A stretch of DNA of 32,000 bases. Source: Mucisphaera calidilacus (GTDB lineage: Bacteria; Planctomycetota; Phycisphaerae; Phycisphaerales; Phycisphaeraceae). Position numbers and translations under genes: made by a program. Under the pieces are notes generated by a model. That model was not told the origin of the DNA and did no database searches. It saw only the letters and a list, made by a program, of their open reading frames with translations. Location: positions 420,001 through 452,000 of the forward strand of contig NZ_CP036280.1 of assembly GCF_007748075.1 (NCBI RefSeq). The letters are read 5' to 3'. This document shows positions 24,710-32,000 of this stretch, one piece after another. The stretch's first letter is position 1. Every line of letters begins with the position of its first letter.

Positions 24710-27145
24710 CTACCGTGAAGCCGTAACCCTGCGGCCCATGATCAGCACGGGCAGCGCGATCGCAAGGGCGATGGAGGGTTCCGGGATGACGCCCTGATGC
24801 GACCGGCCGAAATTGGCGGCGAGGATGGAGAGGTCGAGTAGGTCGATGCTGAGGTCGTGATTGATATCGACGAATTCGGGTTGGGTGAGGGTGTCCCCGA
24901 AGCGTGACGCGAGGATGGAGAGGTCGAGCAGGTCGACGCTGTGGTCGAGGTTGATGTCGCCGGGGATGAGCAGAATGTCGGTGACGATGGCGAAGATGGC
25001 CTGGGTGGTGTAGCGGATGTTGACCGCGACGAATTCGCTGCGGACGTCGACGAAGCCGCCGAGGATGGGTGTCTGCGAGCTGATGAGGGGGATGGTTGAA
25101 CCGACGGCCGGGAGTTGTCCGGGCAGCAGGTTGAGGGTGAGCGTGCCGTCGAGGGAGACGCCCTGCGCAAAGAGCGTGTCGCCGGCGTCGGCGTGGAGGT
25201 CGAGGACGAGGTTGGCGGTGTCGAGCTGGGTGTAGACGCCGTCGAGTTGCAGGGAGCCGAGATGGTCCTGCTGCGCGATCTGCATGTCGCCGTGCGTGTT
25301 GGTGATGTCGGCCCGGAGGTAGCCGTCGACGCCCGCGGCCCAGGGGAGGTTGCTCTCAAGCGTCAGGTCGCGCAGCTCAAGGCCGTCATGGGTCTGCCGG
25401 ATGCCTTGATACTCGAGGGTGATGTCGTAGTCGCCCTTGAAAGCCCTGAGTGCGGCTTCTCCGTCAAGGTTGGTGGAGATGGTTTCGTCGGTCCACCACT
25501 GGTCGAGGACAAGGTCGCGGTAGGCCTGACCGTTGGGCTTGATGGACCCGTCGCTGCGGTAGAGTGCTGCGTCGGGTCGCCAGTGCGCGTCCTCACGGAA
25601 GCCCCATTGGGTGATGCCATCGATCGAGGGGTGGGCGAACGTGGCGGTGAGGAAGTCACGCGTGTAGTCGGCCTGAAGCTGCTCGTCGGTCGTCTCGAAG
25701 TCGAACTCGGTGACTTCGATGGAGAGGCCGTATTGGTCAAAGCGGTCGAGGATATCCCAGAGCTGCTCGGGGCCGGTAAGGGCGTCGGCGCGGAAGTGGC
25801 TCTGCAGGCCGATGCCCTGGATCGGGGTCCCCGCGTCGATGAGGCGCTCGACGGTGTCGGCGAGTTCCTGCTGCTCGGGGGAGTTGGTTTTGCCGCCTGA
25901 GGCGAGGATGTTGTATTCGTTGAGGAAGCGTGTCGCGTCGGGGACGGCCTGCGCGGCGGCGTGGAACCAGGTCTCGACCGCCTCGTCACCAAGGATATCC
26001 ATGAGATCACGGTTGGCGCGGACTTCGTTGACGACGTCCCAGGCGGCGACGCGGTCGCCTACCGTCGTGGCTTTCTCGGCGATGTGGTTGAGGACACTGG
26101 CGTCGAGTTCGAGGGCGATCTGCGCTTTGCGCTGCGAGGTGGTGGTGTGGTCGTTGTACTCGTCGATGAGCTGCACGACGGGCTCGGGGAGCCACTGGCG
26201 TCCGGGCCAGACGAAGGTGTGCCCACGAGCGGTCATGCCCTGCTGGTCCATCCAGTCCAGTGCCTCGATGGCCTGCGTGCGCACGAAATCGGGTCCCCAC
26301 TCGCCTTGCCACGCTTTCCACTGGAGGCTGGCTTCGATGGTGCCGGCGTTGAAGAGTTCGGCGGCAAGGTTGCGGTAGGGGTCTTGCTGCGGCGACGGGT
26401 CGTTGACGCGGTGGGCGGAGATCGCGCTGCCCCAGCGGAAGTCGTGGCGGGTCATCCTGACGTGCGCGTCGACGCCAACGAGCGGCGCTCCCGCGTCGGT
26501 GACGGTCAGGTGCAGGTCGCTCATGCGGTGCTGCCGGATCTGCTGTTCCGCGACGGCACGCCAGGCCGCGTCGGGTTCCGCTCCGGCGTAGGCGGGGGGC
26601 GGGTCGACGGTGGTGGAGAGTGCCAGACGGTCGAACTCGAGGTCGAAGGGGTCCGGGCCGTCATAATCGCCAAGGATCTGATAGCGGGTGATGTTGCCGA
26701 GGTCGATGTTGGACCAGTCGCCGATGCCTTCCTGGGGGGCCGCGAGCGTAGTGGTGCTGACGCGTTGCGTGGTCTGGCTGATCGGGTCGAGGGTGACGTT
26801 GTCGAAGTGCCACTTGGCGCTGATGTTGTTCTGGTCGATCAGTTCGAGGGTGAAGCGGTCGGTGCTGTTGGTGGGGCGTTGGCGGTAGTCAACGACGAAG
26901 CGCGCGTCGGTGTAGGCAGAGAGGTCGAGACTATCGAAGATCCCGACGCCACCCCACCCGTTGTGAGGGTCGGTGATGCGGACGGCTTGCGGGCCGGTGC
27001 TGTAGGAAAAGCCCTCGAAGCTGTAGTCGAAGCCGGTGCTGTTAAAGTCGTTGATGACCAGATCGGTCTGCGCGAGCGCATGCCCGGCGCAGGCCAGTAC
27101 CAGGCAGGCGGCGATCGGTGCGTGATGTCGGGTCTTACTCTTCAT
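24710..27145 (-). CDS. Secreted GH10 endo-1,4-beta-xylanase with an N-terminal beta-sandwich (CBM-like) module, C-terminal dockerin-type repeats and a PEP-CTERM anchor
   Basis: I prefer the ATG at 27145 (MKSKTRHHAPIAACLVLACAGHALA/Q signal peptide). GH10 motifs are GHTFVWPG, AWDVVNE (acid/base Glu codon 26025-26027), FLNEYNI, GIGLQSHF, IEVTEFDF (nucleophile Glu codon 25706-25708) and GITQWGF. The two dockerin loops are DINLDHSVDLLD and DINHDLSIDLLD. The C-terminus is VIPEPSIALAIALPVLIMGRR. Confidence 0.9.
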   Translation of the reverse strand: MKSKTRHHAPIAACLVLACAGHALAQTDLVINDFNSTGFDYSFEGFSYSTGPQAVRITDPHNGWGGVGIFDSLDLSAYTDARFVVDYRQRPTNSTDRFTLELIDQNNISAKWHFDNVTLDPISQTTQRVSTTTLAAPQEGIGDWSNIDLGNITRYQILGDYDGPDPFDLEFDRLALSTTVDPPPAYAGAEPDAAWRAVAEQQIRQHRMSDLHLTVTDAGAPLVGVDAHVRMTRHDFRWGSAISAHRVNDPSPQQDPYRNLAAELFNAGTIEASLQWKAWQGEWGPDFVRTQAIEALDWMDQQGMTARGHTFVWPGRQWLPEPVVQLIDEYNDHTTTSQRKAQIALELDASVLNHIAEKATTVGDRVAAWDVVNEVRANRDLMDILGDEAVETWFHAAAQAVPDATRFLNEYNILASGGKTNSPEQQELADTVERLIDAGTPIQGIGLQSHFRADALTGPEQLWDILDRFDQYGLSIEVTEFDFETTDEQLQADYTRDFLTATFAHPSIDGITQWGFREDAHWRPDAALYRSDGSIKPNGQAYRDLVLDQWWTDETISTNLDGEAALRAFKGDYDITLEYQGIRQTHDGLELRDLTLESNLPWAAGVDGYLRADITNTHGDMQIAQQDHLGSLQLDGVYTQLDTANLVLDLHADAGDTLFAQGVSLDGTLTLNLLPGQLPAVGSTIPLISSQTPILGGFVDVRSEFVAVNIRYTTQAIFAIVTDILLIPGDINLDHSVDLLDLSILASRFGDTLTQPEFVDINHDLSIDLLDLSILAANFGRSHQGVIPEPSIALAIALPVLIMGRRVTASR
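24713..24790 (-). other. PEP-CTERM sorting signal (Pro-Glu-Pro, hydrophobic helix, Arg cluster) at the C-terminus of the GH10 protein
   Basis: VIPEPSIALAIALPVLIMGRRVTASR-stop, with the PEP codons at ~24778-24786. Confidence 0.8.
24819..24959 (-). repeat. Two 51-bp direct repeats (90-bp period) encoding the duplicated dockerin Ca-binding segments
   Basis: 24819-24869 and 24909-24959 match at 45/51 positions by my alignment. They encode ...DINHDLSIDLLDLSILAA and ...DINLDHSVDLLDLSILAS. Confidence 0.8.
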
Positions 27146-28637
27146 TCGTTTCAACGTTGTCGGGCGTGGCGTCGGTCGTGATGGACTGGTACGCGCCGAT
27201 GTCCACGGGACGGTCGGGGTTACGCCAGGTCCCGACGCGGTCGGTGTGGAGCCGCCAGTCCAGCGATGCGGCACCGATGGCGGGTGAGCCGTGCCGCGGG
27301 ACAAGGGTGTGGCGGAGGAGCAAGCGGACCGCGAGCGGCTCGGCGACCTCGTCGGGGAGCGTCACGAAGCGAGGGTCTTCGTCGCGTGTGTTCTGGCCGT
27401 AGGTAAAGTCGGACTTGCCCGCCCCGTCCACGAGATTGTGGCCGGCTCGGAGACCGGTGGACTGATAGCCGCCGATGGCTCGCTCACCGGGGATCGGGAC
27501 GATAATGTTGTTGTAAACCGAGACGTTGTCGGCCCGCCCGAGTTCGATCTCGTTGGTGCTGTTCTCGCGTTGGCCGTTGTGGTAAAGAGTGTTGTGCACG
27601 ACGTCGACACGGTCACTCTCGTAGAGGTTGATGCCCCTGCCGCCGTTGAACATGCAGACGTTGTTGGCGATGAGGATGCGTCCGGAGTAGGGCTTGGTGT
27701 AGTCGTCCTCGATAATGCCCTGCGCGGTCTTGAGCGCGTCCATGATGATGCCGTTGCCGTCGGTGACCTTCTTCTGGATCCAGAAGGGCACAAGATTGTT
27801 GTTGTGGTGGCTGATGTTGTCCTTGACGACGGTTCGGTAGACGTCCTGTCGGTCGTCGTGGTTGTGACTCTCCCAGACGGAGATGCCGCTGCCGGCCCAC
27901 GGGGTGTAGAGGGAAGTCTTGTAGACGTGATTGTTCTCGATGAGCAGGTAGTCGGCGCGAGCGGTGGCGATCCCCCCGCCCGAGCAGTGATGGATAAAAT
28001 TGTCGCGGATGATGACATGGTGAGGCAGGTTCTGCTCGGTGTTCTCGACGCGGATGCCGACGCTGAAGAAGTGCGTCTGGCTGTGGTCGTCGCCCTTGAA
28101 GCCGGTGGCGTGGGCGAGGGCCTCTTCGGGGTCGACCTCGCGGCTGCGCCCGTCGAGCTCGAAACCCTCGATGACGATGTGGCTGGCGCCACGGATGGCG
28201 ATGCCCCGGAGACTGTTGAAGCGGATGAGCGGGCGTTCGCCCGGGTAATTGGCGTATCGGATCCATTGCTCCGGCGTGCCGGTGGTGGTGATGATGAGCG
28301 TGGCGTAGCTGTCCTGAGCGGAGTAGGTTCCGGCGCGGGCCAAAACGGTGTCGCCCGGCTGAGCGCGGTCGGCAGCCGCCTGCAGCGTGCGCAGCGGCCT
28401 GCCGAGGGTGCCGGGGTTGTTGTCGCTGCCGAGCGGGCTGACGTAGTAGGTTGTGCCGTTGAGCCCCTCGGCGCGGATGTCGTAGGGGAGTGGGGAGGAT
28501 GGTGCGTTTTCTGCGAATCGGGCGAGCGGCGCGTCATCGATCAACTGGGCAAGGCAGGGGGTGTGTCCCGCCAGCAACGCCATCAGGATGCCGATCAGGA
28601 GCGTGTGTGGTTGTGTGCTCGTGGCTCGTGTTTTCAT
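27135..28637 (-). CDS. Secreted right-handed parallel beta-helix repeat protein (pectate-lyase-fold; candidate polysaccharide lyase/hydrolase)
   Basis: Signal peptide MKTRATSTQPHTLLIGILMALLAGHTPCLA/Q. YYVSPLGSDNNPGTLGRPLRTLQAAADRAQPGDTVLARAGTY is the typical N-terminal cap. PbH1-type repeats follow (IIRDNFIHHCSGGGI, IENNHVYKT, VKDNISHHNNN, IANNVCMFNGGRGINL, VVHNTLYHNG, VYNNIIVP), and the C-terminus ends in VDIGAYQ. The stop overlaps the GH10 start by 11 nt. Confidence 0.85.
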   Translation of the reverse strand: MKTRATSTQPHTLLIGILMALLAGHTPCLAQLIDDAPLARFAENAPSSPLPYDIRAEGLNGTTYYVSPLGSDNNPGTLGRPLRTLQAAADRAQPGDTVLARAGTYSAQDSYATLIITTTGTPEQWIRYANYPGERPLIRFNSLRGIAIRGASHIVIEGFELDGRSREVDPEEALAHATGFKGDDHSQTHFFSVGIRVENTEQNLPHHVIIRDNFIHHCSGGGIATARADYLLIENNHVYKTSLYTPWAGSGISVWESHNHDDRQDVYRTVVKDNISHHNNNLVPFWIQKKVTDGNGIIMDALKTAQGIIEDDYTKPYSGRILIANNVCMFNGGRGINLYESDRVDVVHNTLYHNGQRENSTNEIELGRADNVSVYNNIIVPIPGERAIGGYQSTGLRAGHNLVDGAGKSDFTYGQNTRDEDPRFVTLPDEVAEPLAVRLLLRHTLVPRHGSPAIGAASLDWRLHTDRVGTWRNPDRPVDIGAYQSITTDATPDNVETNEE

Positions 28638-28697
28638 GGTTTAACTATACCCCGCGGCTCGTGATGATCGACCGCATTTCCTGATGTTTTGCGTCCA

Positions 28698-28798
28698 TCA
28701 TGAATATGTTCATGAACATGTTTAGTGCATTGCTGTGCTGAAATATCACCGAAACCACGAGGCATTCAGCCCTGCTTCGGCGTGTCATGATGTATGTT
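28698..28798. promoter_or_regulatory. Candidate operator sites in the divergent promoter between the beta-helix/GH10 operon and the symporter/esterase operon
   Basis: TCATGAATATGTT (28698-28710) and TCATGAACATGTT (28710-28722) are tandem. A third copy, TCATGATGTATGTT (28785-28798), has one extra base. The tandem pair contains the perfect 14-bp palindrome ATGTTCATGAACAT (28706-28719). The surrounding 28681-28750 is about 39% G+C by my count (27/70). Confidence 0.45.
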
Positions 28799-28915
28799 GT
28801 TTCAGGTCGACAGCCGATGGTTGGCGACCACTTCCAAGGCTGAATCACTGATGGCAAGCGACGCTGCGAGCCGGTCTGTCCTGGCGGCCGCAGCGCACTG
28901 CGGAGACTCGAACTC

Positions 28916-30337
28916 ATGCCCTCGATCACCAAGCCCGAAGACCGTGTGCCTCTGATTCAGAAGCTTGCTTATGGCGCGGGCGGTCCGATCGACGTCTGGT
29001 CGGTGTGGATTTTCCTGAGCCTCGTCTACCCGATCTTCAACATGGAGTTGAAGATGGACCCGCTGATGATCGGGGTGATCCTGCTGGTCTTCAGGCTCTG
29101 GGACGCGGTGTCGGACCCGATCATGGGCTACATCAGCGACAACACGCGGACGCGTTGGGGGCGTCGCCGGCCTTACCTGGTTGTCGGCGCCTTCCTGGTC
29201 GGCCTGACGTATCCGCTGATGTGGTGGGCGCCCCGTTCGTTCGGCGAGCAGGAGCTGTTCTGGTGGCTGATCATCACGGGCATCTTCTTCTACACCTGCT
29301 TCACCTTCTACAACATGCCCTATCAGAGTTTGTTGCTGGAGATGACCCCTGACTACAACGAACGGACGCGCGTGACGGGGGTTCGCGCGATCGTGAGCAA
29401 GTTCGCGGGGCTGGGCGTCGGCTGGGCCTGGTGGCTGACCCAGCGGGACGTGTTCCGCGACCCGGTGACGGGCGAGGTGGACGCGGTGGAGGCGATGCGT
29501 GTGATCAGCATCGGGATCGGGTTGATGATCCTGGTGCTGGGGATTCTGCCGGGCCTGCTGGTCAAGGAACGCTACTACGAGCACGGTTTCACGCGTCAAC
29601 AGAAGAAGGTCTCGCTCTGGCGCAGCCTGAGCGAGACGCTGTCGAACGTGCCGTTCCTGATCCTGATGGCGATCGCGACGCTCTACATGCTGGGCCTGAC
29701 GGTGGTTGATGCTCTGGGTAAATACATCGCGACCTACTACGTGCTGGGTGGTGACAAGGCCGAGGCGTCGACGTGGGACGGCCTCGGCGGGACGATCACC
29801 TTTATCACAGGGCTCGTGTCGATCCCGGTCTTCACTTCGATCGCGAGCCGGATCGGTAAGAACAAGGCATTGGGGATCGCGCTGGGCCTGGTGACACTCG
29901 GCACGGCGTCGTCCTGGTTTTTCTATATCCCGGATCAGCCGATGTGGATGATGCTCTACTACTTCACACGCGGCACCGGGACCGGCGCCATCTGGCTGCT
30001 GATCCCTTCCATCCAGGCTGATGTCGTGGACCACGACGAACTCCAGACCGGTGAGCGACGCGAGGGCGCCTTCGCCTCCATCTTCTCGTGGACCCTCAAG
30101 CTCGGACTGTCGCTGGCGTACGGGCTGTCGGGACCGATACTCGCGATGACCGGTTTTGACATCGAGTTGGAGTCCAATCAGGCAGAAGGCGTGATGCTGA
30201 ATCTCCGCCTTGCGTTCTGCCTGGTGCCGACAATCGCGATGCTGGTCACGGCCTACTTGCTCTATATCTTCCCGCTGACGCCGGCGCGGTCGGCAGAGAT
30301 CCGTGAGCAGCTCGAGGCTCGGCGTGGGAAGGTCTGA
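28916..30337 (+). CDS. GPH-family (glycoside-pentoside-hexuronide):cation symporter, MFS superfamily
   Basis: The N-terminal signature LLVFRLWDAVSDPIMGYISDNTRTRWGRRRPYLVVGA (D..DP..G..SD.T....GRRRP) is diagnostic of MelB/XylP/YicJ-type symporters. About 12 hydrophobic segments are present. GGAG lies 10 nt upstream of the ATG. Confidence 0.9.
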   Translation: MPSITKPEDRVPLIQKLAYGAGGPIDVWSVWIFLSLVYPIFNMELKMDPLMIGVILLVFRLWDAVSDPIMGYISDNTRTRWGRRRPYLVVGAFLVGLTYPLMWWAPRSFGEQELFWWLIITGIFFYTCFTFYNMPYQSLLLEMTPDYNERTRVTGVRAIVSKFAGLGVGWAWWLTQRDVFRDPVTGEVDAVEAMRVISIGIGLMILVLGILPGLLVKERYYEHGFTRQQKKVSLWRSLSETLSNVPFLILMAIATLYMLGLTVVDALGKYIATYYVLGGDKAEASTWDGLGGTITFITGLVSIPVFTSIASRIGKNKALGIALGLVTLGTASSWFFYIPDQPMWMMLYYFTRGTGTGAIWLLIPSIQADVVDHDELQTGERREGAFASIFSWTLKLGLSLAYGLSGPILAMTGFDIELESNQAEGVMLNLRLAFCLVPTIAMLVTAYLLYIFPLTPARSAEIREQLEARRGKV

Positions 30338-30347
30338 CTCGACGACG

Positions 30348-31049
30348 ATGTTTGAGGTTGACGGCGTACGACTGGCGGCCCGTTGGCTGGGCCGCCGCGA
30401 GCAACCCGCAGACGCTCGTCTGTTGTTCGCGGTTCACGGAACGGGCGGTTGCGGGGACGAACTCATGGCGGAGCTGAGACCGTCGCTGGATGTGATCGAG
30501 CGTCCAACGCTGGTGGTTTGCCCGAGTTTCGAGACGCCTTATCAGTACCTCGTGGATGATCTCGGGACACGCGTTTCGGGGTTGATGTCGGGGCTGCGTG
30601 AACGCTTTGACCTGGCCGCGGGGAGCGTGCTGTTCGGTTTCTCGGGAGGCGCGCAGTTCGTGCACCGGTACGCCTTGCGTTACCCCGATGGCGTCTCGGG
30701 GTGTGTGGCGTTGGCCGCGGGTTGCTGGACGCTGCTGTCGGGGCAGGCGATCGGGATGCAGGTGGACGAGGGGTGGTTTGAGCGGACGCCCTGGTCTATG
30801 CCGGAGGTGCTGCGGTCGAGGGATCACGCCGTGAGGCTGACCGATCGGCATCGTTCGACGTATTGGGTGGTCGGTTGTGGCTCGGAGGACCACCCGAGTC
30901 GGATCGAGAGCGCGGAGCGTTTCAGGAAGTCGCTGGTCGGCGCGGGACTGCTCGCCAAAGGGTGCACGTGGTCGGGCGGGCACGACCTGCCCGGAGCAGA
31001 GCACCTCGGACCTGTGCTGAAACAGGTGCTGAGCGACGCCTGTCAGTAG
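30348..31049 (+). CDS. Alpha/beta-hydrolase fold esterase (carbohydrate esterase / PHB-depolymerase-like)
   Basis: I prefer the ATG at 30348, 10 nt after the symporter stop. LLFAVHGTGG is the oxyanion region, GFSGGAQF the GxSxG nucleophile elbow, WVVGCGSEDH the candidate acid and WSGGHDL the candidate His. Confidence 0.7.
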   Translation: MFEVDGVRLAARWLGRREQPADARLLFAVHGTGGCGDELMAELRPSLDVIERPTLVVCPSFETPYQYLVDDLGTRVSGLMSGLRERFDLAAGSVLFGFSGGAQFVHRYALRYPDGVSGCVALAAGCWTLLSGQAIGMQVDEGWFERTPWSMPEVLRSRDHAVRLTDRHRSTYWVVGCGSEDHPSRIESAERFRKSLVGAGLLAKGCTWSGGHDLPGAEHLGPVLKQVLSDACQ

Positions 31050-32000
31050 GGCCAGACGCGTGGGGCGGGACGCTCTTTCTCCAGAAGCCGGAGCGCGAGG
31101 CGATGCCGCATCGCAGCAAGTGTTTCACGAGCGTCGGGATCCCGGCTGATGTCGTGGTACTCGCCGTGCTCCGCGTTCACGTCGTAGAGCTCCTCGCTGC
31201 CGTCGCGGTGGAGCAGATAACGGTGATTACGGGTGCGGAGGTGTTTCCACTCGGCGTCTTCGCAGAGCGCGGATTCGCTGGGGTCCGATTCGGCGGGGTG
31301 CCGTTGCAGGAGGCTGAGTCGTGAGCAGCCTTCGGCCTGCGGCGGAGTCGGGACGGCGAGCCAGTCGGTGATGGTCGGAAAGATGTCGACGGCTTCGATG
31401 ATGGTGTCAACGGCGGACGGTCCCGGAGCGACGCCCGGGCCGGCCATGATGCAGGGGACACGGAGAACGCAGTCGGGTGCCGGGTACCCCTTGCCCCAGC
31501 GAAGGTGCTCTCCCAGAAACTCGCCGTGGTCGCTGGTGAAGATCACCAGTGTGTTGTCGCTGAGGCCCCCGGCGTCGAGGGCATCGATGATCTGTCCGAC
31601 GTAGTGGTCGACCTCGCTGATCATGGCGTAGTAGCCGCGCATCGCCTGCACGAGGTAGTCGTCGTCCCAGCCGCGTGCTTTTCGTTCGGCGTCCTCGGCT
31701 TCCGGGAAGCAGGGGGGGGTGATGGACCGGTCGGCGTAGAGATCGAGGAAGCGCTGGGGCGCGACGAGCGGGCTGTGGGGGTTGTAGAAGCTGCTGATGC
31801 AGAAGAAGGGTTCGCGGTCGCTGGCGCGTCGCCGGAGGTAATCGATGGAACGTTCGGCGACGAACGCGCTGTGGGTGGAATCGTCAGACCCCTCGTAGAC
31901 GCGTGTGCGGTAGGGGTCGAGGTTCTCCGGGTGTCGGATGCCGTCGTCCTGACCCAAGACACGCTGCCACGCCTCCCAGGCCGGCGGGTGCGCAACCTGC
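31043..32000 (-). CDS. Sulfatase (arylsulfatase family), C-terminal part; the N-terminus with the Cys/Ser-x-P-x-R motif lies beyond the right edge
   Basis: IFTSDHGEFLGEHLRWGKGY, RVPCIMAGPG and DIFPTITDWLAVP are the conserved C-terminal sulfatase blocks. The frame stays open from the listed TTG (31957) through position 32000, so the ORF-track start is an artefact of the window edge. Confidence 0.85.
   Translation of the reverse strand, partial: QVAHPPAWEAWQRVLGQDDGIRHPENLDPYRTRVYEGSDDSTHSAFVAERSIDYLRRRASDREPFFCISSFYNPHSPLVAPQRFLDLYADRSITPPCFPEAEDAERKARGWDDDYLVQAMRGYYAMISEVDHYVGQIIDALDAGGLSDNTLVIFTSDHGEFLGEHLRWGKGYPAPDCVLRVPCIMAGPGVAPGPSAVDTIIEAVDIFPTITDWLAVPTPPQAEGCSRLSLLQRHPAESDPSESALCEDAEWKHLRTRNHRYLLHRDGSEELYDVNAEHGEYHDISRDPDARETLAAMRHRLALRLLEKERPAPRVWPY

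Noticed and set aside
23466-27181. Antisense ORFs 23466-24548 (-), 25115-25900 (+), 25961-27181 (+) and the alternative-frame ORFs 24742-25359 (-) and 25363-26010 (-).
   Set aside because: They lie opposite or out of frame with the GH-A and GH10 genes, whose catalytic motifs are clear. Their own compositions are Val/Gly/Asp/Glu-rich, Gly/Val/Ala/Arg-rich or Ser/Thr/Pro-rich with no motifs.
27146-27304. 53-codon N-terminal extension of the GH10 ORF.
   Set aside because: It lies inside the beta-helix gene in another frame and is Pro/Thr/Ser/Arg-rich. The ATG at 27145 yields a proper signal peptide and an 11-nt coupling overlap.
27291-28664. ORFs 27291-28664 (+), 27362-28537 (-) and 27613-28266 (-), which overlap the beta-helix gene.
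   Set aside because: They are in alternative or antisense frames and have Val/Asp/Gly/Ala-rich, Ser/Thr/Pro/Ala-rich or Arg/Pro/His-rich low-complexity translations. The chosen frame has a signal peptide and regular PbH1-type repeats.
28802-30034. 410-aa minus-strand ORF opposite the symporter gene.
   Set aside because: Its translation is Arg/Asp/His/Pro/Gln-rich with no recognisable motifs, whereas the plus-strand frame carries the diagnostic GPH signature and about 12 hydrophobic helices.
1-32000. Looked for CRISPR arrays, tRNA/rRNA genes, transposases/integrases, long terminal inverted repeats and phage genes.
   Set aside because: None was recognised by eye. The only DNA-level repeats found are the intragenic dockerin duplication and short intergenic motifs. 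Scanning 32 kb by eye is not sensitive to short or diverged repeats, so a computational repeat/tRNA scan would be needed for certainty.

Overview
High-GC, gene-dense bacterial chromosomal window. I recognised no rRNA, tRNA, CRISPR array, IS element or integrase. All domain calls come from reading motifs in the translations by eye; no homology search was run.

There are three blocks.

(1) 890-16446, minus strand. This is a tightly coupled six-gene operon. In order it encodes a secreted two-lobed retropepsin-like/helical-repeat protein with a degenerate active site, a membrane protein with a long low-complexity tail, a MoxR AAA+ ATPase, a DUF58 protein, a BatA_N-type double-TM protein, and a 2743-aa giant. 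The giant fuses a BatA_N-like anchor, a VWA/MIDAS domain, a third TM helix and about 1950 aa of TPR-like helical repeats. The operon looks like a supersized, rearranged Bat (aerotolerance)-type MoxR-VWA system and is my best candidate for an under-described system.

(2) 16660-21543, plus strand, divergent from block 1. This is a compact c-di-GMP cassette. It holds a REC-GGDEF-HD protein (GGEEF intact, no I-site, GYP motif missing), two small PilZ-type proteins, a soluble GAF-PAS-PAS histidine kinase and a stand-alone REC.

(3) 21567-32000. This is a polysaccharide-utilisation cluster. It encodes a cytoplasmic six-hairpin glycosidase, a clan GH-A lipoprotein, a GH10 xylanase carrying dockerin repeats plus a PEP-CTERM anchor, a secreted parallel beta-helix protein, a GPH-family sugar:cation symporter, an alpha/beta-hydrolase esterase and a sulfatase truncated at the window edge. 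An AT-rich divergent promoter in this cluster carries a thrice-repeated TCATGAAYATGTT motif that includes a perfect 14-bp palindrome.

A further signal-peptide repeat protein (1-702, minus strand) runs off the left edge and is absent from the ORF track. The PEP-CTERM, dockerin, sulfatase and Bat-like content in a high-GC genome suggests a PVC-group organism (Planctomycetota/Phycisphaerae-like). That assignment is inference only.
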